A program made the translations under genes and the position numbers. The notes beneath the pieces are model-generated. The model was not told the DNA's origin. It searched no databases and worked only from the letters and a program-made list of their open reading frames with translations. Shown here in pieces: positions 45,960 to 55,241 of a stretch of DNA of 64,000 bases. Source of the DNA: a virus (taxonomy: Duplodnaviria; Caudoviricetes). Within the stretch, counting starts at the first letter, position 1. Each line of letters starts with the position of its first letter. The stretch covers positions 32,001-96,000 of the IMG/VR virus record IMGVR_UViG_3300037067_013660, one strand, 5' to 3'.

Positions 45960-46507
45960 GTAAAGTCGTCCTCGACGTAACAACAGAGGTCGGGGCGTAG
46001 GTGAAGGCGTGTCGTGACGAAACCGAACGGGTCTTTCGTGCCCGCGACGACCAGTAACCTGGCACGAAACCGCTGGTGGTACAGGGTGTCGCGTACCGAC
46101 TGAAGCCGGGGTCCCGTCGCCTCGGCCATGAGGTTGTGGATCATGATGCAGCGCATTCGTTTGGCGTCTTCTTTATCCTGCTTGTCGATGCGCCACAATT
46201 GATCCGCAGTCGTCAAGCAAAATGGTAGTTTTGCTTTTTGCATTTCCGCCAGACAGAAACAAGCGATCCGCAACGCCGCTTCCTCGACCAACGAGGCCAG
46301 CACTACCAATTGACCGCCGGGATCAACGCACAATTGCTTCAGGCCGCTGCGCTGCTGCGCTGGCGTCACCTTGGTTTTACCGATGGCGATCTGACGGAAT
46401 TTCAGTTGCTTTAGATCCGTGTGCCAATAATCCGCCGGTACGCCCGCCCGCAAGAGGAAGCGTTCGTCTGGCGTGGTGGCGCGGACGTAATCAGGTATTT
46501 TTCGCAT
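45956..46507 (-). CDS. DnaC/IstB-like helicase-loader homolog with degenerate Walker motifs
   Basis: ATG 46507; 'RAGVP..YW...L..L' N-terminus, 'CIMIHNL' at the Walker B position; adjacent to dnaB. Confidence 0.5.
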   Translation of the reverse strand: MRKIPDYVRATTPDERFLLRAGVPADYWHTDLKQLKFRQIAIGKTKVTPAQQRSGLKQLCVDPGGQLVVLASLVEEAALRIACFCLAEMQKAKLPFCLTTADQLWRIDKQDKEDAKRMRCIMIHNLMAEATGPRLQSVRDTLYHQRFRARLLVVAGTKDPFGFVTTRLHLRPDLCCYVEDDFT

Positions 46508-47651
46508 GCTTTTTGCGTTTGTTTTTCTTGGTTTTAGAAAGATTCCATATGGACTTTTGTATTTTGTTGCTTTTGTGTAGGCAGTGCGGACTGAGCCATA
46601 GCCGCTCGCGCGCCTGCTGGTGGCCGTTCTTGCCAATGTTGGCCATCCCGCCGCGCAGGAAACCCGCCTGGAACCACTCTTGGGCCGTCCATCCTGCGTC
46701 AATGAATCTAGTGCCATGCTCCCCGTCGAAACCGGCGACGACGATCCGGTATTGCGGATCCTCGCCGTGCTCGATTGCCCATGCGGCCACGTCGTGTGCA
46801 ACTGATAGGTCCTCGCATGCGTAAAGATCATCCGAGCGCCCGGCCGAGGCAGCATAGGGCGGGTCGAGGAACACGCCACACGGTCCGTGTCCCTGACGCA
46901 CGGCGAGGATCTTGGACGCGCCTCCCGTTACGCATCGCTTCCAGTCCCCGTTGAGGATCCGGACGTGACGCAAGCGTGCCGAGAGGTAGGCGAACCAACG
47001 CCGGACCTCGGGCATGGTGACAGGGTGATAGCACTCCTCGGGCACGGAAGGATCCCAGAGCGACGATCCGGCCGACTCAACCCCGGGCTCCCTCGCCCCG
47101 GCGTGGTTCACGCCCAGGCCGTTGTTACCCAGGTGCGGGCGCTGGCGCGAGACGCCTGGCTCCCTCTTGTCGCTGCGCTTGGTCAGCCGGTCGCCGTCAC
47201 CGAGCACCCACGCATGATCACCTGAGCACCACCCACTCCCGATCCAGCATGAGCATCCCCAGATCCACCATCCGGCCATCACAGGATCGCACCACAGCGG
47301 ATCGCCCATGAGATGCTCCAGCTCGTGCTCGGCACGCCAGCGCACAAGGGCCAGATGGCGAGCGTGCAGGTCCGCCTCGGACACGGGGTTGCTCGCAGCC
47401 TCAGCCGTGGCGTCAGGCTGTAGCTGGATCCCCCGCCATGCGTTCACTAACAGGCCGTCCAGATCGTTGACGGTCTCGGAGAAGTAGGGCCGGTTGGCCA
47501 GGTGGGGCCGGTTGAGCAGGACTGCCAACGACCCGGCGAAAGGCTCGACATAGTGGAGAACGTCGCCGAGGGCTTCCCATACCACGGGCGCGGCCTGGCT
47601 CTTACCGCCGAACCAGGGCCAAGGGCACTTGTCCAAGTTCTTTAGCGTCAT
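46491..47651 (-). CDS. Dam-like (D12 class) N6-adenine DNA methyltransferase
   Basis: PWFGGKS, YVEPFAGS, ETVNDLD, FLDPPY; C-terminal KSIWN tag. Confidence 0.9.
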   Translation of the reverse strand: MTLKNLDKCPWPWFGGKSQAAPVVWEALGDVLHYVEPFAGSLAVLLNRPHLANRPYFSETVNDLDGLLVNAWRGIQLQPDATAEAASNPVSEADLHARHLALVRWRAEHELEHLMGDPLWCDPVMAGWWIWGCSCWIGSGWCSGDHAWVLGDGDRLTKRSDKREPGVSRQRPHLGNNGLGVNHAGAREPGVESAGSSLWDPSVPEECYHPVTMPEVRRWFAYLSARLRHVRILNGDWKRCVTGGASKILAVRQGHGPCGVFLDPPYAASAGRSDDLYACEDLSVAHDVAAWAIEHGEDPQYRIVVAGFDGEHGTRFIDAGWTAQEWFQAGFLRGGMANIGKNGHQQARERLWLSPHCLHKSNKIQKSIWNLSKTKKNKRKKHAKNT

Positions 47652-48931
47652 GTTGTTTTTTCCCAGATTGACTCGTTAGCCTTGATGTCTTCCGCGATCC
47701 TACGTTTCGCCATCTTGACGTATTCAGGATTCAGTTCAATCGAGATACAACGCCGCCGTAAGCGCGCCGCCACCATCGCGGTGGTACCGGCCCCCCCAAA
47801 AGGATCCAACACGACGCAGGGTTTGGTTTTGTTAACATCGCAATCACAGGTGCGTTGCCAACCCACCGTACGGGTTATGTCGATGTGACCACCGCCAGGC
47901 GCCGATACTTTACCGTCTGTGCGGCCAGTCCTGGCCGCACAGGCTCGACGGTCTGCTTCGACGTCACGATTAGGGTTTTTGATTCGTTCTAACTGTCGTT
48001 CCATTGGAGCACCACACGCAGCACAACAACCCTTTTCCGACGTAGCCGACTTAATAATCGGTTCGACCAGTGTTTCGGGCCATACGGCAAAGTGGGCTTC
48101 TGCGAACGGGTGTGGGTTGATGGTCCAGACGGAACGCGGGTTACGAGTTTCTGTTATCTGCCTGATACCCACGACGTGGGTATCATATCCTTTGATCGGT
48201 TTGTTGTCTTTGCCTAAGAATTTACCTTGTGCCGTATGTGTCTCGTTCGCGTGACGACTTGGTTCTTTAATGGCGTCGATGTCGTAGAAGTACTTGGGTG
48301 ATTTAGCAAAGTGGAACAAGTATTCGTGTGCTTTGGTGCAGCGGTCTCGCGTAGACTCCGGCATGGTTTGTCCACAGTACACCGGATTGAAACTCACGGC
48401 TTTGGCCCAGATGATGTCTTGCCGCAAATACCAACCATCGGCTTGCAACGCAAATGCTACGCGCCAAGGAATACCTATCAGGTCTTTAGGCTTTAGATCT
48501 AGGTTGGCTCTGATGCGATCTTGTTGCCTGCTCTGGTATTGTTCTCCTCCGTGTTGTTCTTTCCACTCTTCGCCATTTATCTTATGGTTAGCATAACCAC
48601 CACCAAAATAACTATCACCTAGATTCAGATAGAATGTACCGTCGGGTCTAAGGATACGTTTGACCTCGCGAAAGATCTGAATCAAATGTCCAACATAGCT
48701 CCACAAATCTTTTTCGTTGCCTAGTGACGCTGTCTGTTGTTTGACCTTGATCTTGTCTAGCCCAGGCATCGGTCGAAACGCAACACGATCCCATTCGACT
48801 GGATCGATTCCATAATTCCTTAACCCAAAATAAGGAGGTGACGTCATGACGGCGTGGACAGACTCGTCGGGCAAATCTCTGAGTACGTCCAAAACGTGTC
48901 CTTGCAGGAACTTGACGTACTGGTTTGTCAT
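47648..48931 (-). CDS. N4/N6 DNA methyltransferase (beta class, SPPY, probably m4C)
   Basis: ATG 48931; TSPPY, NLGDSY, IIWAK, HE..F, LDPFGGAGTT, IELN; in-frame G7 at 47791-47797; C-terminal ESIWE tag. Confidence 0.9.
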   Translation of the reverse strand: MTNQYVKFLQGHVLDVLRDLPDESVHAVMTSPPYFGLRNYGIDPVEWDRVAFRPMPGLDKIKVKQQTASLGNEKDLWSYVGHLIQIFREVKRILRPDGTFYLNLGDSYFGGGYANHKINGEEWKEQHGGEQYQSRQQDRIRANLDLKPKDLIGIPWRVAFALQADGWYLRQDIIWAKAVSFNPVYCGQTMPESTRDRCTKAHEYLFHFAKSPKYFYDIDAIKEPSRHANETHTAQGKFLGKDNKPIKGYDTHVVGIRQITETRNPRSVWTINPHPFAEAHFAVWPETLVEPIIKSATSEKGCCAACGAPMERQLERIKNPNRDVEADRRACAARTGRTDGKVSAPGGGHIDITRTVGWQRTCDCDVNKTKPCVVLDPFGGAGTTAMVAARLRRRCISIELNPEYVKMAKRRIAEDIKANESIWEKTT

Positions 48932-49107
48932 CAGTTCGTGACCTTCGCCAGCATGAGGGCGATCTTTTCTTCCAGGTCGTCCAGCCGTTTGTGCAGCTCG
49001 CGATCTAGGTCGTCGAGTCGCTGTATCACGCCGGTCTCGTGGATCGCGATGTAGACGACGCGCTTGATTTGCTCTTCGGTTGTGCTCCACGTTGGTTTGT
49101 CGCTCAT
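48931..49107 (-). CDS. Small coiled-coil protein
   Basis: ATG 49107 (ATGA overlap); 58 aa; coupled on both sides. Confidence 0.55.
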   Translation of the reverse strand: MSDKPTWSTTEEQIKRVVYIAIHETGVIQRLDDLDRELHKRLDDLEEKIALMLAKVTN

Positions 49108-50627
49108 TTCTTTTTCCATTTCGTCATCGTGAGGTTCGCGAGGTTGCGGGACCGTTGGTGGATGGTCCAGCCTTCGGCCTGGCACACCTTCGTCACGTTG
49201 TTGAACGCACCAGACAGTTGACCACCGGTGTCCTTGTAGTAGTAGACCAACGGCATGGGCTTGTTTTTGTCGGGGCGTCGCGTACGGCCGAAAATCTGCA
49301 TGATGCGGTGGCGCGCGTTCACGGGTGTGACCAAATGCAAACAGTTCAACGGCTTGATCGACACCATCGCGTCCATGACCTTTAGGCCAGCACAGATACA
49401 TCGGTATTTACCAGCAGCTAACTCGTGGTACAGGGTTTCGCGTCGCTTGTTCGGCACGGCACCATCGACGTAGCAGACGTCGTAACCGTTTTGCTTCAGG
49501 CGACGGAAAATCTCTTTCGCCAGAATCAATCGCTCGGCCAGCACGGCGACGAGACGACCGTCGTCGATCGAATCCATGACGGTCCGGACGATTAAATCGA
49601 TGCGCGACTGATCCGTCGACATCATCTGGAGCAACCGACCCCATTTCCACTGGGCAGAAAATGGCTTGCGTCCCTCCATCCACGCCGGTACCGAGAAGTT
49701 GGTCTCGATGAAGTGGACCTCGGGCTTCATTTGGTCGGCCCCGAGGCGCGCGACAACCGGCCCGATGATCTTGTACGCCAGGAACTCGCGTTTATCCAGT
49801 CGTTCGATCGTGGCGGTCAGGCCCAACCAACTGAGCGGTGCCCACAGACTGAAGACCCGGACAAACTCGGGCGATACTAGCTCGTGGATCTCGTCCGCCA
49901 CGACCAAACCAAAACGGAACTGGTCATCAATCAGGCGACCATAACCTTTGGGGTGTAGAAATGTCTGGACCGTCGCGACGCTGATGGGGTAGGCACCTTT
50001 ATGCCGGTAGGGACCGACGAGTCGTCTGCCCATCTGTTTTTCTAGCCGTTCAACGTTGGTGTGTTCGCGGAACTCCGCTTCCCAGTGTTTCTCGCCGTCG
50101 CCTCGCTTCGACAGGATCAACGTCTGGAGGCCCAGACGTGCGACGCACCCCATCCCGATGATGGTTTTGCCCGCACCCGTTTGCCCCAGGATGATGCCGG
50201 TACCGGCGTCCAGCCACGCGTCCACACATTTGTTTTGATCGGGCCATCGGGCGTCATCCAAAACGTGATGACGGAGCCGTAGTCTAAAACCCAAGGGGTT
50301 GATGGTGCGGAGATCGAGGGCGCGACGTAGTAGGTGTTGGATACCGGCGTCGTCACCACGCGGCAACCCGATCCACGTTTGCTTTGCCGTCAGGAGTTCA
50401 CGGTACGCTTCAATCACGTGGACGATTTCGACGCGCTCGGTCTTTTGCTTGCCGTTCGACAGCATGACGACGCGGTCGTTTTCGTCCACGACCAAACGGT
50501 ACTGCTGTTCTATCCATCGCAAGCGGAACCGTTCCAACAGGTCGTCTGTGACCAACTGTTCCGGTACGTACAGACGGTTCGCCAGGATGGGACGCGGCGT
50601 ACCGTCGTTTTGTTTAGACCCAAGCAT
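49104..50627 (-). CDS. SF2 helicase (UvsW/ResIII-like)
   Basis: TGAGKT, DEIH, GLTAT..R.D, QIFGR..R motifs. Confidence 0.9.
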   Translation of the reverse strand: MLGSKQNDGTPRPILANRLYVPEQLVTDDLLERFRLRWIEQQYRLVVDENDRVVMLSNGKQKTERVEIVHVIEAYRELLTAKQTWIGLPRGDDAGIQHLLRRALDLRTINPLGFRLRLRHHVLDDARWPDQNKCVDAWLDAGTGIILGQTGAGKTIIGMGCVARLGLQTLILSKRGDGEKHWEAEFREHTNVERLEKQMGRRLVGPYRHKGAYPISVATVQTFLHPKGYGRLIDDQFRFGLVVADEIHELVSPEFVRVFSLWAPLSWLGLTATIERLDKREFLAYKIIGPVVARLGADQMKPEVHFIETNFSVPAWMEGRKPFSAQWKWGRLLQMMSTDQSRIDLIVRTVMDSIDDGRLVAVLAERLILAKEIFRRLKQNGYDVCYVDGAVPNKRRETLYHELAAGKYRCICAGLKVMDAMVSIKPLNCLHLVTPVNARHRIMQIFGRTRRPDKNKPMPLVYYYKDTGGQLSGAFNNVTKVCQAEGWTIHQRSRNLANLTMTKWKKK

Positions 50628-50629
50628 AA

Positions 50630-52698
50630 CTATTTGTCACGTATCCATTTGTGATCCAAATCCCATAATGACTTCTGCTTTATTTCGGCGGTTGTGCGGG
50701 CATGTCCTTTTGCTGGCAAGGAATCGCGGCCGTATGCTGCCGCTTGCTTGATCCGTTGGACTGCGTGTCGATACCAATGTTCATCCAGTTCAATGCCGAT
50801 GAATCGTCTACCCGTCAACACGGCCGCCACGCCAGTGGATCCAGATCCCATGAATGGATCCAACACGATGTCTCCTGGTTTCGTATGGAGCTGGATAAAA
50901 TGGGCGGCCAACCGCCACGATTTTTCTGTTGGATGTTGTGTAGCACTCGGGATAATCTTCTTGATGCCGTAGTCGCCAGGCCGAATGATGTTTTCAACGT
51001 CGTGTGCCTCGCTATGCCAACGGGCTTTACCTTTACGGTGTGCCACCAGTACGAATTCGTAACTACGGCGGTATCGCCAACCCATTCCTATTGAATTGTG
51101 TCCAAGTGCACCATTGCCGACATAGAACAGATGTTTTGGATGATCAACCGTGATGTCGTAAACTTTCCCCTTGTACTTTCTGTGCGAAATATCTACTACG
51201 TCAACCCATGCAATTGTTCCATCGTTTGTGGCAAAAACGTTATTGTAGTGTCCGAGAGGGCTGTACCTCAGCTTCCAGTGTTCCGCCAATTTACCATTCT
51301 TCTTGACGTAGGTAGAAACGTTATGGTGTACAGCGCACGGCTGACTGCGCATCTTCAGTAGCCAAGACATTTGTTCGATCAATTTGGAAGATGCCGATAC
51401 ACCCTCAAATTGGTTGCAGCTTTTTCGGAAGTGCCCGTCACCATCCATCCATCCGTCGAGTACACCGGCTAAGAATTCAGGACAACCCTGTAGTACTGTT
51501 TGTGATAGTTGTTTATTGACGGCTATTCCTGGAACTAATTTGTGAAAAATAGTTGCCAGCGTTTTTCCATTGATCCGGGTTCTCGCTTTTTCCCCAGATA
51601 CGGTTTCTGTCTTCACCTGTATGCCGTAATTACCACACCATGTATGGATTCTAGCCACGTATTCAGCTTCTTTTGCGTGGTGTGTTAATTGAATAGAGTT
51701 ATGGTGAACGTCGCCCTCTGCTGCATAAAAGCCGACCATCCACCCAAAATCGTAGTCCATTGGGATGCGTAATGGTAGCCAACTATGTGCAAAGTGTGCC
51801 CGTACCGCGATCAGACGATTTTCTGGGATCGGAAATTTCAAGGGAACTTGGTGTTTACTCAACCACCAATGCGCTTTGTTGTAGCGCAAACCCAAATGCT
51901 CTGCTAAGGTGCACGTGCTGACGTCTTTCCTACTCTTCAGCTTTCCTACTAGGTAGTCACGACCGAGCAAGTCAACTACCGACAAAAATGTTTTGCCTGT
52001 GTCCTTGCGTTTGGCCATCAGCGTTGGAACCTTATCACCCAGCTTAATTTCATCAGCACGCCTGCACCCGTCTACGCATTCTATTGGATGATTTGGCGTC
52101 ACTTTTAATTTTGTACCGTCTCGTAATTTAAGAATGACGAGATCACCACGAAAAGATCTGATGCTTGTATCGACAACGGCTGACCACTTTCCTTCAGCGT
52201 CAACTACTTCGACATACTTGTCTGATGATTGTTGTCGAACAACATCAGCTATGTTCGTGAATTCGACCATACCATCAATACGGCATGGAAGCCGCGTAGA
52301 AGGATGGTAGCAACCTTTGTCCCACACGACCGCCTGTTCCCAGACAAACGTTTGGTTAATGGCATCGGCCCATCGAACGAATTGTATGCCTTTGTGCCCG
52401 CCCCCCCTCCACAGCAACACGCTACGTAGCCGCCAGGCTTCAGGATGTTGCGCCATAACGGCAAAGACGAAAGAAACAAATCATTAGCTTGGTCAAAATC
52501 ATCATTTTGGATAGGACGTCCTTCGTCATGTCGGTCTCTGTTTTTGCACGCGTGTCCAACGCGTCTGATGAGGTCATCGTTGTTGTTGTTGTGCCCATAG
52601 GGCGGATCCGTAAAAATGAAGTGTACGGGCTTTAGCTTAGGCAAAATGTCCAAACTATTCCCTCGGTACAGTCGGGCCTTATCATCGATGCGGATCAT
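50630..52698 (-). CDS. N4/N6 DNA methyltransferase (DPPY) with an intein; frameshifted at a G7 tract (OFF state or error)
   Basis: The 5' ORF has FTDPPY and the 3' ORF has VWDK, HPTEK, LDPFMGSGST; G8 instead of G7 at 52401-52407 joins them into CCCGGGGGHKGIQF, collinear with paralog 57888..58724; KSLWD tag. Confidence 0.85.
51095..52312 (-). mobile_element. LAGLIDADG intein (406 aa) in the methyltransferase
   Basis: Starts CYHPSTRL; VTPNHP block B; GFYAAEGD and GWMDGDG motifs; ends VYDI.V...HLFYVGNGALGHN before Ser. Confidence 0.92.
52401..52407 (-). repeat. G7 homopolymer at the MTase frameshift
   Basis: Plus strand CCCCCCC; adding 1 nt restores the frame. Confidence 0.85.
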
Positions 52699-54728
52699 CG
52701 GTCCCATAGCGTTTTCTCCGGCTTCTTTGGTTCGTCGTGTTGTTTCGTTTGTTTGGTCTTGACGCGGAATGCCTTGGGGTGACGGCGGGCGAAACGAATA
52801 CGGTGGCGTGCGATCTCGGCGTATTCTTCCTCTCGCTCGACACCGAAGAAATCAAAGCCCTCCAACATGCACGCGATGCCGGTGGTACCGCTGCCCGTAA
52901 ACGGATCCAATACCATGCCGTTGGGTGGCGTGACGAGTCGTACTAGGTAGCGCATCAGGTCCACGGGCTTGACGGTTGTGTGGGTATTGTGCCGAACCGT
53001 ATCACCGCGCTGGTATGGGTTGTCGATGGAGGTGCCGCGTCCGTCGTTGACGTTTTTGCTAGGGAAATCGTGTAACCCGAGTTCGCGTTCTCGACGTGAC
53101 GCTTTAGCGCAATACTTAAATCTTGCCAAAGCCTGATCCCCATGTACCATATTCTGCGACGTGATTTTTAATGTGACAGGCACGGCAGAGCCATTTAATT
53201 TCAAATGGTTTATCATAATTTTCATGGTGCCTGTCTGCGCGCAAAGATCCACAAACTTCACAAGGCATTTGTTTTGGGAATGCTTTTCGCGCCCGCACTC
53301 TGGCCAGTACCCGTTTTCTAAACTCAGGATCGTCGCGATAGCGATTGCGGAGATTATTTTTAATTCTGGCTGAGTTACGTGAATAGAATGTTCCTTCAAA
53401 TCGCTTGATAGATTGACCCCTGGGACTACCGAGGTTACTACAGCGTTTAGAACAGAATCTACGTGTTTTTCGATTTGGTTTGAATACTTTGCCACAGTAC
53501 TCGCAATTTCTTGGTTCCATTTGTTTATTACCTCCATAGTAGTATGAAGAATTAAATCATCATTGTGTGTAAATTGTTCGAAAAACCGGCTGGCTGTCCC
53601 CGCGTCACCATGTTGAGGACCTGCTGGTTTGCCTGTTGACGGTGCCCATATTCCGCCGCTGCCGCTGCCGCTGTGAGAGTAGCCGCTTTGCTCGTCCAAC
53701 ATTTTGACTGGACACCCATCAACGCATTCCCATTGTTCTGTTGTTTCGGTACCGTCAGGATCAGCGTATCCTCTCCTTGTCTGGGCTGTCGGTCGGAATC
53801 TCCATTGAGTTTTGTCACCCCTACCTGCATCTCCCTCTGGCCTTGTATCAGTGCGTCCACCATCAATCTTCTTTGTCCCCGCGCAACGACACCCATCTGA
53901 ATGCTGGAGCACCACGTTTGACGGCCACCGACCAGTTGTTTGCCTGCCGGTGTAGGGATGACCCGCGCCACCCCCGAACGGCTTAGAGCCGTCATCCCAC
54001 GTATTAATCGTAACGGTGTCGGTACCGACGCGACACCCATCAATGTTTAGACCACCAGTTCCCCATTTGAGGACATTCTCCGCAACCGTGCCATCCAGGG
54101 GTTTGCGCGCAAGGATGATGGGTTCATGTGCAGGTTTAAGTGCTACGTTGAAGCCCTGCCAGTCAAAAGCCTTTTGACTGGCAGGTAGTGTTACGTCGAC
54201 AGGTGTATTGGGTTTCAATCCCCACTTACCACGATCATTAGGAATGTTGCCTTGTCCTCTACGCTGCCCTATGACTTTTCGTTTCTTTTTAAGTTTTCGA
54301 TCTATAGCTTTTGATATGTCGTGTCCCTTTGGAAATCCTGACCCAAAAAGGTAACTAATGGTATCGCGTAGCTCAAACCCCGCCAACCGGATCGCGATGG
54401 CCATCAGGTCCATGGTTCTGGTACCTGCAAACGCCAACACGTAGCCGCCGGGCTTCAGGACACGCCGACACGCCCGCCACGTTTCGGGACCGGGGACAAA
54501 CCCGTCCCACTCTTTTCCCATGAAACCCTTTTTCTTGGTCTTGTGTCGTTTCCTAGATAACCACGCCGTCAACGCCGCTTCGATGTCCTCGGTCGTGTGG
54601 GCTGCTAATCCATAGGGTGGGTCGCACACGATCGCGTCGATGCTGTTGGCCGGTAGGTCGCGCAGTACATCGCGGCAATCGCCCGTCACGACTCGGAACC
54701 TTAGCTTTTTCTTTTCGTTATTTCCCAA
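52695..54728 (-). CDS. N4/N6 DNA methyltransferase (DPPY) carrying a ~145-codon in-frame insertion
   Basis: CDPPYG, GSGFPK, LKPAHEPI..ARKP, GRWP.N, H.TVKP, LDPFTGSGTT; KTLWD tag. Confidence 0.9.
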   Translation of the reverse strand: MGNNEKKKLRFRVVTGDCRDVLRDLPANSIDAIVCDPPYGLAAHTTEDIEAALTAWLSRKRHKTKKKGFMGKEWDGFVPGPETWRACRRVLKPGGYVLAFAGTRTMDLMAIAIRLAGFELRDTISYLFGSGFPKGHDISKAIDRKLKKKRKVIGQRRGQGNIPNDRGKWGLKPNTPVDVTLPASQKAFDWQGFNVALKPAHEPIILARKPLDGTVAENVLKWGTGGLNIDGCRVGTDTVTINTWDDGSKPFGGGAGHPYTGRQTTGRWPSNVVLQHSDGCRCAGTKKIDGGRTDTRPEGDAGRGDKTQWRFRPTAQTRRGYADPDGTETTEQWECVDGCPVKMLDEQSGYSHSGSGSGGIWAPSTGKPAGPQHGDAGTASRFFEQFTHNDDLILHTTMEVINKWNQEIASTVAKYSNQIEKHVDSVLNAVVTSVVPGVNLSSDLKEHSIHVTQPELKIISAIAIATILSLENGYWPECGREKHSQNKCLVKFVDLCAQTGTMKIMINHLKLNGSAVPVTLKITSQNMVHGDQALARFKYCAKASRRERELGLHDFPSKNVNDGRGTSIDNPYQRGDTVRHNTHTTVKPVDLMRYLVRLVTPPNGMVLDPFTGSGTTGIACMLEGFDFFGVEREEEYAEIARHRIRFARRHPKAFRVKTKQTKQHDEPKKPEKTLWDR
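53116..53520 (-). CDS. HNH endonuclease nested out of frame within the MTase gene
   Basis: Own GGAGG RBS; N-terminal CEYCGK.F...FCS..C zinc finger; CEVCG...HHENY.KP....WLC..CH...H HNH core. Confidence 0.85.
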   Translation of the reverse strand: MEPRNCEYCGKVFKPNRKTRRFCSKRCSNLGSPRGQSIKRFEGTFYSRNSARIKNNLRNRYRDDPEFRKRVLARVRARKAFPKQMPCEVCGSLRADRHHENYDKPFEIKWLCRACHIKNHVAEYGTWGSGFGKI

Positions 54729-55241
54729 ATCGACACCGATGGTTTCGATGGTTCTGGCGTGTACTTAGGTCTATTGCGTTTTACCGTCAAATCAACTTCG
54801 CCCGCGACCCAACATTTCTTAGGACAGGTTGGTGCTTTGTCTTGTCGCGGACGAGCAGCGCAGTTCCAAGAACCGCCAGAAGTGGTGTGTGTGTGTCCAT
54901 CCAACAGCACGTAACGACGTACCTGATTCCTCGTCCAGCGTATAGGTGATGACGCGGTGGTACCCCATGGCTTTGGCGGTACGCCACGCTGCAGCATAAA
55001 GAAATGATGGCACGTTGGGAGTTCCGTCGCTACAAAGTCGGTTGACCTCTAACGTAAGATCGTCGTAACTTTTGGCGACGGGACGTCCGACGGTCACGAC
55101 ACCCACGAGTTTGTCGTCGACCCAGCAGGCAAGAGAAAATTTATGGCCAACGACTGGTTGGTGGTGTCGATGATGGCGTGCTATAAAAGCGTTGGCCTCG
55201 ACTAACGAAATGGGAAACAAACGTAGGTCAGCGTACCGCAT
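54701..55241 (-). CDS. Mom-like/XF1762-family GNAT DNA-modification protein; frameshifted at (AC)6
   Basis: AN.FI..HHRHH, VGRPVA, LEVNRLC, SFLY.A, ITYTL..ESG.SLRA.GW; the expected tail GGSW...RPR.DK.P...K..W and a VSIWE tag lie in another frame joined by (AC)7. Confidence 0.8.
54885..54896 (-). repeat. (AC)6 dinucleotide repeat at the frameshift of the Mom-like gene
   Basis: Plus strand (GT)6; (AC)7 or (AC)4 restores the frame. Confidence 0.85.

Noticed and set aside
53116-53570. Group I intron or intein as carrier of the HNH
   Set aside because: The insertion is almost fully occupied by the HNH ORF, there are no intein termini, and the host frame is open, so splicing is not needed.
53655-53672. 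(GCCGCT)3, and (CCT)5 near 58414, as phase switches
   Set aside because: Unit lengths are multiples of three, so slippage would not shift the frame.
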